Below, piece after piece: positions 21,099 through 29,925 of a DNA stretch of 32,000 nt. The DNA lies in the NCBI RefSeq assembly GCF_000195955.2, contig NC_000962.3, positions 3,360,001 to 3,392,000 on the forward strand, in the 5' to 3' direction. The notes below the pieces were generated by a model. The model was not told where the DNA came from. It saw nothing but the letters and a program-made list of their open reading frames with translations, and ran no database searches. Positions within the stretch are counted from its first letter, which is position 1. Each line of letters starts with the position of its first letter. The DNA comes from Mycobacterium tuberculosis H37Rv. GTDB lineage: Bacteria; Actinomycetota; Actinomycetes; Mycobacteriales; Mycobacteriaceae. The position numbers and the translations under genes were made by a program.

Positions 21099-21350
21099 GG
21101 CAATATTGATCTCACAGATCGTTGCGTATGTCAACTGTTATTGATAGCTACTATTACGTAGGCGTAGGTGACGGCTCCGTAGGATTCGGGGACTAGCCCG
21201 TTGCTTGGGCTGCCCGACCCCCGCCCCGTCCCACGCAACCCGGCTGCCCGTCGTCGGGCGACATCCCGGTCTCTATCGGCGGACCCGAGCAGCCGCCCGG
21301 CTAGCCAGTCGCGGCCAAGGCCAGGGACGTGGTGTACGAGTGAAGGTTCC

Positions 21351-21365
21351 TCGCGTGATCCTTCG
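21351..21365. repeat. IS1081 terminal inverted repeat (left in window)
   Basis: TCGCGTGATCCTTCG is the exact reverse complement of 22660-22674. Confidence 0.9.
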
Positions 21366-21374
21366 GGTGGCAGT

Positions 21375-22622
21375 CTAGGTGGTCAGTGCTGGGGTGTTGG
21401 TGGTTTGCTGCTTGGCGGGTTCTTCGGTGCTGGTCAGTGCTGCTCGGGCTCGGGTGAGGACCTCGAGGCCCAGGTAGCGCCGTCCTTCGATCCATTCGTC
21501 GTGTTGTTCGGCGAGGACGGCTCCGACGAGGCGGATGATCGAGGCGCGGTCGGGGAAGATGCCCACGACGTCGGTTCGGCGTCGTACCTCTCGGTTGAGG
21601 CGTTCCTGGGGGTTGTTGGACCAGATTTGGCGCCAGATCTGCTTGGGGAAGGCGGTGAACGCCAGCAGGTCGGTGCGGGCGGTGTCGAGGTGCTCGGCCA
21701 CCGCGGGGAGTTTGTCGGTCAGAGCGTCGAGTACCCGATCATATTGGGCAACAACTGATTCGGCGTCGGGCTGGTCGTAGATGGAGTGCAGCAGGGTGCG
21801 CACCCACGGCCAGGAGGGCTTCGGGGTGGCTGCCATCAGATTGGCTGCGTAGTGGGTTCTGCAGCGCTGCCAGGCCGCTGCGGGCAGGGTGGCGCCGATC
21901 GCGGCCACCAGGCCGGCGTGGGCGTCGCTGGTGACCAGCGCGACCCCGGACAGGCCGCGGGCGACCAGGTCGCGGAAGAACGCCAGCCAGCCGGCCCCGT
22001 CCTCGGCGGAGGTGACCTGGATGCCCAGGATCTCTCGGTAGCCCTCGGCGTTGACGCCGGTGGCGATCAAGGTGTGCACCCCGACGACGCGGCCTGCCTC
22101 GCGCACCTTGAGCACCAGGGCGTCGGCGGCGAGGAAGGTATACGGGCCGGCATCGAGCGGGCGGGTCCGAAACGCCTCTACGGCTTCGTCGAGCTCTTTG
22201 GCCATGATCGACACTTGCGACTTGGAAAGCTTTGTCACACCAAGTGTTTCGACCAGGCGCTCCATCCGGCGAGTGGATACTCCCAGCAGGTAGCAGGTCG
22301 CCACCACGCTGGTCAGTGCGCGTTCAGCTCGCTTGCGGCGCTGCAGCAGCCAGTCCGGGAAATAGCTGCCCTGGCGCAGCTTGGGGATCGCGACGTCGAT
22401 GGTTGCGGCACGGGTGTCGAAATCACGGTGGCGGTAGCCGTTGCGCTGATTGGACCGCTCATCGCTGCGTTCGCGGTAGCCCGCCCCGCACAGGGCGTCG
22501 GCTTCAGCCCCCATCAAGGCGGCGATGAACGTCGAGAGCAGCCCGCGCAGCAGATCCGGGCTCGCCTGTGCGAGTTGGTCAGCCAGAAGCTGCTCGGCGT
22601 CGATAAGATGAGAAGAGGTCAT
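21375..22622 (-). CDS. IS1081 transposase (IS256/mutator family)
   Basis: ATG at 22620-22622 gives 415 aa starting MTSSHLIDAEQLLADQLAQASPDLLRGLLSTFIAALMGAEADALCGAGYRERSDERSNQRNGYRHRDFDTRAATIDVAIPKLRQGSYFP, a canonical IS256-family transposase. Confidence 0.96.
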   Translation of the reverse strand: MTSSHLIDAEQLLADQLAQASPDLLRGLLSTFIAALMGAEADALCGAGYRERSDERSNQRNGYRHRDFDTRAATIDVAIPKLRQGSYFPDWLLQRRKRAERALTSVVATCYLLGVSTRRMERLVETLGVTKLSKSQVSIMAKELDEAVEAFRTRPLDAGPYTFLAADALVLKVREAGRVVGVHTLIATGVNAEGYREILGIQVTSAEDGAGWLAFFRDLVARGLSGVALVTSDAHAGLVAAIGATLPAAAWQRCRTHYAANLMAATPKPSWPWVRTLLHSIYDQPDAESVVAQYDRVLDALTDKLPAVAEHLDTARTDLLAFTAFPKQIWRQIWSNNPQERLNREVRRRTDVVGIFPDRASIIRLVGAVLAEQHDEWIEGRRYLGLEVLTRARAALTSTEEPAKQQTTNTPALTT

Positions 22623-22659
22623 TGCGTCATTTCCTTCGATTGACTTTTGCTGGTCGTTT

Positions 22660-22674
22660 CGAAGGATCACGCGA
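22660..22674. repeat. IS1081 terminal inverted repeat (right in window)
   Basis: CGAAGGATCACGCGA is the reverse complement of 21351-21365. Confidence 0.9.
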
Positions 22675-22784
22675 TGACCGCCCACTACTGGGCTACGACA
22701 CGCCCACCGGCCTTACCTGCCCGTACACCACACCCCTGGACGTAACTCCAGTCGCCGGGTTTCTACGAGTGATTTGGCGCCGAG

Positions 22785-23888
22785 TCAAGCCCCGGGGTTG
22801 CCGCCAGTCGACAACCCTGAAGCGCCGGCGATGGTCGCGCTGCCGAGCACCTCGTCACCGGCTGGGTCAGGTCGGTAGAGCACCAGCGTCTGGCCGCGCG
22901 CCACGCCGCGCAGCGGGGCATGCAACTGCACGAAAAGCGCATCGCCGATCAATTCCGCTACCGCACTGACGGTTTCACCGTGCGCACGCACTTGGACCAC
23001 GCAGTCAACGGGTCCTGACGGCGCGGCTCCGGCGGTGAAGACGGGAGCGCGCCCAGTCAGCGTTTGCACATCAAGGTCGGTCACGTCACCTACGTGAACG
23101 GTGGCGGTGTCGGCGTCGATCGCCGTGACATAGCGCGGACGACCATTCGGGCCCGGCCCGGCGATGCCCAGGCCTCTACGCTGCCCGATGGTGAACCCGT
23201 GCACCCCATCATGGGAAGCCAGCACCACACCATCCGCGTCAACCACCACACCACGGCGAACCCCGATGCGCTCACCCAAAAAAGCCTTGGTGTTCCCGGA
23301 CGGTATGAAGCAGATGTCGTGGCTATCCGGCTTGTTGGCGACCGCCAGGCCGCGGCGGGCCGCCTCGGCACGGATCTGCCGCTTCGGCGTGTCGCCGATC
23401 GGGAACGCGGCGTGGCGCAGCTGCTGCGCAGTGAGCACGGCAAGCACATAAGACTGATCCTTGTCCCGGTCGACGGCGCGGCGCAGCCGCCCACCCGACA
23501 GCCGGGCGTAGTGGCCGGTGGCCACCGTATCGAAACCCAACGCCACAGCCCTGGCGGACAGAGCAGCGAACTTGATCTGCTGATTGCACCGCACGCAAGG
23601 GTTCGGAGTTTCCCCGCGGGCATACGACGACACGAAGTCGTTGATCACGTCCTCTTTGAACTTCTCTGCGAAATCCCAAACATAAAACGGGATTCCGAGC
23701 ACATCGGCGACGCGGCGCGCGTCTGCAGCGTCCTCTTTGGAACAACAGCCCCGCGAGCCGGTGCGCAGCGTGCCGGGCGCGGTCGATAGCGCCATGTGCA
23801 CTCCGACCACCTCGTGTCCGGCATCGACCATGCGGGCGGCAGCAACAGACGAGTCGACGCCACCGCTCATCGCGGCGAGAACTTTCAT
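22785..23888 (-). CDS. mnmA: tRNA-specific 2-thiouridylase
   Basis: 367 aa starting [21 protein letters not shown], with the PP-loop SGGxDS. Catalytic Cys residues are present. The ATG overlaps the iscS stop (ATGA). Confidence 0.95.
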
Positions 23889-25066
23889 CGGGATGCTCCC
23901 GCGGCGGCTAGGGCGGCCCGCCGTGCACGTGCCACCGCCCCGGGAAGCACCTCCAACGCGGCATCGACATCAGCCTCAACACTGGTGTGCCCCAGCGAGA
24001 GACGCAATGATCCGCGGGCGCTGGCCGCGTCGACGCCCATTGCAATCAACACATGCGAGGGCTGCGCTACACCTGCCGTGCAGGCCGATCCGGTTGAGCA
24101 CTCGATTCCGTTAGCGTCCAACAACATCAACAGCGCATCGCCTTCGCAGCCACGGAAAGTGAAGTGCGCGTTACCCGCTAGCCGCATCGGGTCATCGGCG
24201 CCGTTAAGGCAAACATCGTCAATCTCAGCCAGCACACCCTCGACCAGACGATCCCGCAGCAGCCGTAACCGCGCGCTGTTTTCCTCGAGTCCGTCCACCG
24301 CGATCTGCGCGGCCGTCGCCATTCCAACTGCACTGGCGACATCGGGTGTGCCGGAACGAATATCGCGCTCCTGCCCACCGCCGTGCATAAGGGGCACGCA
24401 GGTGACGTCGCGGCGCAGCAGCAACGCACCCACTCCTGGCGGGCCACCGAATTTGTGCCCGGCCACGCTCATCGCCGACAGCCCGCTGGCCCCGAAGTCA
24501 AGCGGGAGCTGTCCCACCGCCTGAATGGCATCACTGTGCATCGGCACGCCGAATTCCATGGCGACAACTGACATTTCGGCGATCGGTAGAATAGTTCCGA
24601 CCTCGTTGTTGGCCCACATCACCGATACCAGCGCGACGTCGTCGTGGCTCTGCAGTGCCTCGCGCAGCGCAGTTGCCGACACCGAGCCGTCGGCGGCGGT
24701 CGGCAGCCAGGTCACATGGGCGCCTTCGTGTTCCACGAGCCAGTTCACCGAGTCCAGTACGGCGTGGTGTTCCACCTCGGTGGTGACGATGCGACGGCGG
24801 TGCGGCTCCGCATCGCGGCGTGCCCAATAGATACCTTTGACAGCCAGGTTGTCGCTTTCGGTGCCGCCCGCGGTGAAGATCACCTCGGACGGACGAGCGC
24901 CTAGCTTGTCCGCGATCAGCTCACGGGCCTCCTCGATCCGCCGGCGCGCCGAGCGCCCGCTGGTGTGCAGCGACGACGCATTGCCGATGGTGCGCTGCAC
25001 GGCCGCCATCGCCTCGATGGCGGCGGGGTGCATCGGGGTGGTGGCAGCGTGATCCAGGTAGGCCAT
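23885..25066 (-). CDS. iscS: Cysteine desulfurase (PLP-dependent, IscS/NifS class)
   Basis: ATG at 25064-25066 gives 393 aa starting [20 protein letters not shown]. The PLP-lysine context is [10 protein letters not shown] and the active-site loop is STGSACTAG. The ORF is open to a GTG at 25162. Confidence 0.93.
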
Positions 25067-25162
25067 GACGCACCTAGAATACTGGCCCGGGCGGCGACGC
25101 AGAACGTGCGCGCAGGCCACGGCCGCAGCAGCGGCTGGGCAATCTGGCTGGGGCCAGACCAC

Positions 25163-26077
25163 TTAGGTCGCCGGCACGTGCCGGCGGCCTGGGCGTTGCC
25201 CCGACTGCCCCAAGGCTCCCGCAAGCACCGCTGACTGGCAACGGCGCGCGAGATTCCGACGATCGGTACCTGGCAGCTGCAAAGACTCGACGCGCACCCA
25301 GGCCAGCGTGCGGCGCACGGTCAGCAGCCGGCAAACCGACCGCACCAAGGTGTCGTCGCCGACAAAGGCCGGAGCGGTCGAGACGGTGCCGTCGACGTGG
25401 TGATATGTCAACCGGAGTGGCTGCACCGGGCGGCCGGCATCGATTGCGGCCTGGAACATCGCCGGATAGAAAGCCCCACAACCGCGATGCGAGCACCCGG
25501 CTCCTGCTCGGGCCGCTGGACGGCCGGCATCGTCGCCCGGCCGACCGCACCAGGTGGTGCCCTCGGGGAAGGCCACCACCGTCTGACCGGCGCGCAGCCG
25601 ACGCGCGATGGTATCGACAACCCCGGGAAGCCGCCGCAGGCTGGCTCGCTCGATCGGAATGATCTTCAGAATGCGCGCCACGATCCCTATAGTCCGTCCG
25701 GTGAACATGTCGGCGCGCGCGACGAACGACCCGGGCAACACCGAACCGATGCAGAAGACGTCCAACCAGGACACGTGCCCGCTGACCACCAGGACTCCGC
25801 GCAGGTTCCGAACTGGACTACCCGACACCGTGATCCGGACACCGAAAAGGCGCAGCACCAACCGGCAGTAGATGCGTTGCACCCGCGTTCGGCCCGGCAG
25901 TGGCATCACCACCAGCGGCACTCCCGGTACCAGGAGCAGAGCCAACATGACGCGAAGCGCTACCCGCAGCACCACCAGCGGCCGCCGCACCTGCGCAGCG
26001 TCGCCGACACTCACGCAGCTGACGCCGCACGTTGCGCGGGGCAACCAGGAGTGTTCGGTGACTGCGGGAGCGCTCAT
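25163..26077 (-). CDS. PlsC-family lysolipid O-acyltransferase (OlsA-like)
   Basis: 304 aa with an N-terminal hydrophobic segment. It has the HX4D motif (GHVSWLD) and the FPEGTT motif (AFPEGTTW) of glycerolipid/lysolipid acyltransferases. The ATG overlaps the upstream gene's stop (ATGA). Confidence 0.85.
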   Translation of the reverse strand: MSAPAVTEHSWLPRATCGVSCVSVGDAAQVRRPLVVLRVALRVMLALLLVPGVPLVVMPLPGRTRVQRIYCRLVLRLFGVRITVSGSPVRNLRGVLVVSGHVSWLDVFCIGSVLPGSFVARADMFTGRTIGIVARILKIIPIERASLRRLPGVVDTIARRLRAGQTVVAFPEGTTWCGRPGDDAGRPAARAGAGCSHRGCGAFYPAMFQAAIDAGRPVQPLRLTYHHVDGTVSTAPAFVGDDTLVRSVCRLLTVRRTLAWVRVESLQLPGTDRRNLARRCQSAVLAGALGQSGQRPGRRHVPAT

Positions 26078-26919
26078 CGCGCGTCGTTCACCATTTCCGA
26101 GGCCGCCGCAACCGACCGCAGTCGTCGCAGATATCGCGTATCGGCGTGGTCCTTATCCAGTAGCAGGCAGAAGTCGCCCACGCCAAAGTCCGGGTCGTGC
26201 GCCGGCTCCCCGCAGGCCCGCGCGCCCAGTCTCAGGTAACCGCGCATCAGCGGGGGAACTGCTGGCCGTGGCGGAGGGAGAATGTCGTCGAGGGACCTCC
26301 CGTCCACGCGCACCGGCCGGTAGGGGTACACCTGGCACTGCGGCGGCGCGGCATGCCGGTTGAGGATGAAGTCGCGCACCCCACGCAGCCGGCTGCCCGG
26401 CGTTTCACCGTCTCCCCCGATTGGTACTGACACACATCCGGTCACATAGTCATAGCCGTATCGGTCCAGGTAGGCCAGGATGCCCGCCCACATCAACAAC
26501 ACCACCCCACCGTTGCGGTGACCCTCGCGCACCACGGCGCGGCCCATCTCCACCAACGACGGCCGCAGCGGATCGAACGCGCAAACGTCGAATTCCGTTG
26601 CGGTGTAGAGTCCTCCGGCGGCGATGGCACCCGCCGGTGCCAGCATCCGGTAGCAACCCACCAGCTCACCGGTGTCGTCGTCGCGGACCAGCAGGTGATC
26701 GCAGTACTCGTCGAACCGGTCGCCATCCCGGCGCGTATCCGCGGCCGCCGGCAGTGCGAAGCCTGGCGTAGTGCTGAACACGTCATAGCGGAGCCGCTGC
26801 GCCGCCTCGACCATGCTGGGATCGGTGGATAGCAACAGGGAATAGCGCGGTCCGGTTGACGATCCTGTCGCGACGCCATGCGGTTTGTCACTGGGTATCA
26901 GCACAGAAGCGATGCTCAT
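26074..26919 (-). CDS. GNAT-fold N-acyltransferase, OlsB-like (start uncertain)
   Basis: The segment YSLLLSTDPSMVEAAQRLRYDVFSTTPGFALPAAADTRRDGDRFDEYCDHLLVRDDDTGELVGCYRML fits the OlsB-type pattern as I remember it (A..LRY.VF ... D.FD..C.HL.V ... G.YR). The ATG at 26917-26919 has no obvious SD. An alternative ATG lies at 26812-26814. Confidence 0.75.
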   Translation of the reverse strand: MSIASVLIPSDKPHGVATGSSTGPRYSLLLSTDPSMVEAAQRLRYDVFSTTPGFALPAAADTRRDGDRFDEYCDHLLVRDDDTGELVGCYRMLAPAGAIAAGGLYTATEFDVCAFDPLRPSLVEMGRAVVREGHRNGGVVLLMWAGILAYLDRYGYDYVTGCVSVPIGGDGETPGSRLRGVRDFILNRHAAPPQCQVYPYRPVRVDGRSLDDILPPPRPAVPPLMRGYLRLGARACGEPAHDPDFGVGDFCLLLDKDHADTRYLRRLRSVAAASEMVNDAR

Positions 26920-27023
26920 AGCACCAACGTGGCGCAGCCGATCAGCTAATCGGCATCAACGTTGTGACGTGTCGGTGCACGTCAGATGACGAACTGTTGG
27001 GCTAGGTGAGCAGGCGCCAAGGC

Positions 27024-27053
27024 CCCCCACGCCTCGGCGTGTCGGGGTCTTTT
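27024..27053 (+). terminator. Plus-strand hairpin plus T-tract (orphan terminator-like element)
   Basis: The hairpin is CCCCCACGC-ctcg-GCGTG(tc)GGGG: 9 bp with a 2-nt bulge and a 4-nt loop. It is followed by TCTTTT (27048-27053). The T-tract is on the plus strand, although both flanking genes are on the minus strand. Confidence 0.3.
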
Positions 27054-27074
27054 GCGACTGCTCGCGCAGGGAAC

Positions 27075-28031
27075 CTAGCCCTTGCGGGCCTTGATGGCCT
27101 CGGTCAGCTGCGGAGCGACCTTGAACAGGTCTCCCACCACCCCGTAGTCGGCGATCTCAAAGATCGGCGCCTCTTCGTCCTTGTTGACCGCGACGATGGT
27201 CTTGGACGTCTGCATGCCAGCGCGGTGCTGGATCGCCCCGGAGATGCCCAGGGCAATGTAGAGCTGGGGCGACACCGTCTTGCCGGTCTGGCCGACCTGG
27301 AACTGGCCCGGGTAGTAGCCGGAGTCGACTGCGGCACGCGAGGCCCCGACCGCGGCGCCCAGCGAGTCGGCCAGCGCCTCGACCACGCTGAAGTTCTCCG
27401 CGCTGCCGACACCACGGCCACCGGCCACCACAATGGTCGCCTCGGTCAGCTCCGGCCGGTCGCCGGCGACCGCCGGTTCGCGCGCGGTGATCCTGGCGGC
27501 GTTCTCCGCCGCAGCCGGCACTTCCACGCTGACCTGCTCACCGGCGCCGGCGGCCGGCTCCGCCTCCACGGCTCCTGCGCGCACGGTGATCACCGGGGTG
27601 TCGCCGTTGGCCTGCGCTTCGACGGTGAACGCCCCACCGAAGATGCTGTGGACACCCACTCCACCTTCTCTCACGTCGACCACGTCGACCAGCAGACCCG
27701 AGCCGATCCGAGCCGCAAGTCGGCCGGCGATCTCCTTGCCGTCCGCGGTGGCGGCGATTAGTACGCCGGCAGGGGCCGAGGACTCGGCCAGCCCGGCCAG
27801 CACGTCGACCGCCGGGGTGATCAGGTATTTGTCGACAAGGTCGGACTCGGCGACGTAGATCTTGGCGGCACCAGCCGCCTTAAGCCCGTCCACCAGCGGC
27901 GCGGCCGTCCCCGGCACACCGACGACGACGGCGGCTGGTTCGCCCAAGGCGCGGGCGGCGGTGATCAATTCGGCGCTGACCTTCTTTAACGCGCCTTCAG
28001 CGTGCTCAACGAGCACCAGTACTTCAGCCAT
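27075..28031 (-). CDS. etfA: Electron transfer flavoprotein alpha subunit
   Basis: 318 aa. The C-terminal FAD-binding signature is [43 protein letters not shown]. Also known as fixB. Confidence 0.96.
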   Translation of the reverse strand: MAEVLVLVEHAEGALKKVSAELITAARALGEPAAVVVGVPGTAAPLVDGLKAAGAAKIYVAESDLVDKYLITPAVDVLAGLAESSAPAGVLIAATADGKEIAGRLAARIGSGLLVDVVDVREGGVGVHSIFGGAFTVEAQANGDTPVITVRAGAVEAEPAAGAGEQVSVEVPAAAENAARITAREPAVAGDRPELTEATIVVAGGRGVGSAENFSVVEALADSLGAAVGASRAAVDSGYYPGQFQVGQTGKTVSPQLYIALGISGAIQHRAGMQTSKTIVAVNKDEEAPIFEIADYGVVGDLFKVAPQLTEAIKARKG

Positions 28032-28069
28032 GGGTTATATCGCTCTCGTCTTTGGGAGGTGCGTATGTC

Positions 28070-28870
28070 TTAGATGATTTTCTGGGCAACCAGGTACTGC
28101 ACGATCTGGTTGCCGCCTTCACCCTCGTCGGTGACCTTCTCCCCGGCAGTCTTGGCCGGTTTGGGCGTCGACGCCAGCACGGTGGATCCGGCGTTGGCCA
28201 GCCCCACCTCGTCGCTCTCGACACCGATCTCGGCCAGGGTCAGCACGGTAACTTCCTTCTTCTTGGCGGCCATGATGCCTTTGAAGGACGGGAAGCGCGG
28301 CTCGTTGATCTTCTCGTTCACGCTGATCACCGCGGGCAGCGTGGCCTCGAGGGTGAATACGCCCTCATCGGTCTCACGCTCGCCGGTGATCTTGCCGCCC
28401 TCGATCGACACTTTGCGCAGGTGGGTGAGCTGCGGCAGGCCCAGGTACTCGGCGATGATGGCCGGCACCGCACCGCCCACCCCGTCGGTCGATTCGTTGC
28501 CTGCGATCACCAGCTCGGTGCCCTCGATGGTGCCCAACGCGCGCGCCAAAGCCCACCCGGTTTGGATGACGTCCGAGCCGTGCATGCCGTCGTCCTTTAG
28601 GTGGACGGCCTTGTCGGCACCCATCGACAGCGCCTTGCGGATCGCCTCGGTGGCGCGCTCGGGGCCCGCCGTCAGCACGGTTACCGACCCTTCGATGCCG
28701 TCGGCGGCCTCTTTCTCCCGAATCTGTAGCGCTTCCTCCACGGCGCGCTCGTTGATCTCGTCCAGCACCGCGTCGGCGGCCTCGCGGTCCAGCGTGAAAT
28801 CGCCGTCGGTCAGCTTGCGCTCCGACCAGGTATCTGGGACCTGCTTGATCAGGACCACGATGTTCGTCAT
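28070..28870 (-). CDS. etfB: Electron transfer flavoprotein beta subunit
   Basis: ATG at 28868-28870 gives 266 aa starting MTNIVVLIKQVPDTWSERKL, a typical EtfB N-terminus. Also known as fixA. It lies 38 nt upstream of etfA. Confidence 0.95.
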   Translation of the reverse strand: MTNIVVLIKQVPDTWSERKLTDGDFTLDREAADAVLDEINERAVEEALQIREKEAADGIEGSVTVLTAGPERATEAIRKALSMGADKAVHLKDDGMHGSDVIQTGWALARALGTIEGTELVIAGNESTDGVGGAVPAIIAEYLGLPQLTHLRKVSIEGGKITGERETDEGVFTLEATLPAVISVNEKINEPRFPSFKGIMAAKKKEVTVLTLAEIGVESDEVGLANAGSTVLASTPKPAKTAGEKVTDEGEGGNQIVQYLVAQKII

Positions 28871-29100
28871 GACTGTGGTTCGTCCTCCTCGAAGGCGGCC
28901 CGCAGCGCTCGACTGCGGAACCTCGGTCACACGTTTTGCAACCGCACAGCGATATTACTATTCGGTAAGTTCGCGTGGTGCGCCCTCACACCATAGCGGG
29001 TGGTAGAGCAGGTTCCCACGCCTGTGCCTCGCCCACGACCGGCGGATACTCCCGGTGCCCGGTTCGCGAATCCGATGCCACGGGTTAGCCTGCCTTAACA

Positions 29101-29925
29101 ATGTGCGCATTCGTTCCCCACGTTCCCCGCCATAGCCGAGGCGACAACCCGCCGTCGGCCTCCACGGCTAGCCCTGCGGTGTTGACGCTGACCGGCGAGC
29201 GCACCATCCCCGATCTGGACATCGAGAACTACTGGTTTCGCCGCCACCAGGTCGTCTACCAGCGGCTGGCACCCCGCTGCACGGCCCGCGACGTGCTGGA
29301 AGCCGGCTGCGGCGAGGGATATGGCGCCGACCTGATCGCCTGCGTCGCTCGCCAGGTCATCGCGGTGGACTACGACGAGACTGCGGTGGCCCATGTCCGG
29401 AGCCGCTATCCCCGAGTGGAGGTGATGCAAGCAAACCTGGCCGAGCTGCCATTGCCCGACGCGTCGGTAGACGTCGTGGTCAACTTCCAGGTCATCGAGC
29501 ATCTGTGGGATCAAGCCCGATTCGTTCGCGAGTGCGCCCGGGTACTGCGGGGCTCGGGACTGTTGATGGTGTCCACCCCCAACCGGATCACCTTTTCCCC
29601 CGGCCGCGATACCCCGATCAACCCATTCCACACCCGCGAGCTCAATGCCGACGAGCTCACTTCGCTGTTGATCGACGCGGGATTCGTCGATGTGGCCATG
29701 TGCGGGTTGTTTCATGGCCCACGCCTGCGCGACATGGACGCCCGCCACGGCGGCTCCATCATCGACGCACAGATCATGCGGGCGGTGGCCGGCGCACCGT
29801 GGCCACCCGAGCTAGCCGCAGACGTCGCGGCGGTCACCACCGCCGACTTCGAGATGGTGGCAGCGGGTCACGACCGTGACATCGATGACAGCCTGGATCT
29901 GATCGCGATCGCGGTGCGGCCTTGA
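29101..29925 (+). CDS. Class I SAM-dependent methyltransferase (Rv3030-like)
   Basis: 274 aa with SAM motif I VLEAGCGEGYG and motif II-like VDVVVNFQVIEHL. The stop overlaps the next gene's TTG start (TTGA). Confidence 0.9.
   Translation: MCAFVPHVPRHSRGDNPPSASTASPAVLTLTGERTIPDLDIENYWFRRHQVVYQRLAPRCTARDVLEAGCGEGYGADLIACVARQVIAVDYDETAVAHVRSRYPRVEVMQANLAELPLPDASVDVVVNFQVIEHLWDQARFVRECARVLRGSGLLMVSTPNRITFSPGRDTPINPFHTRELNADELTSLLIDAGFVDVAMCGLFHGPRLRDMDARHGGSIIDAQIMRAVAGAPWPPELAADVAAVTTADFEMVAAGHDRDIDDSLDLIAIAVRP

Larger units (their letters stand above)
21351..22674 (-). mobile_element. IS1081 (IS256 family), complete 1324-bp copy
   Basis: Perfect 15-bp terminal inverted repeats enclose a single transposase gene. 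The 1324-bp length equals the IS1081 length I remember. Confidence 0.95.

Noticed and set aside
21201..21758. 185-aa plus-strand ORF crossing the left boundary of IS1081
   Set aside because: It runs from flanking DNA into the IS, antisense to the transposase 3' end. A chimeric frame across an insertion boundary is unlikely to be a gene.
21343..22682. Search for 8-9 bp target-site duplication flanking IS1081
   Set aside because: The flanks AAGGTTCC and TGACCGCC do not match, and shifting by 1-3 nt did not help. I therefore report absence of a duplication rather than a TSD feature.
25067..25162. In-frame 32-codon Cys-containing N-terminal extension of iscS (GTG directly after the upstream stop, TAAGTG)
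   Set aside because: IscS/NifS homologues start a few residues before the YLDxAATTP motif, which fits the ATG at 25066. The extension is probably just an open intergenic frame.
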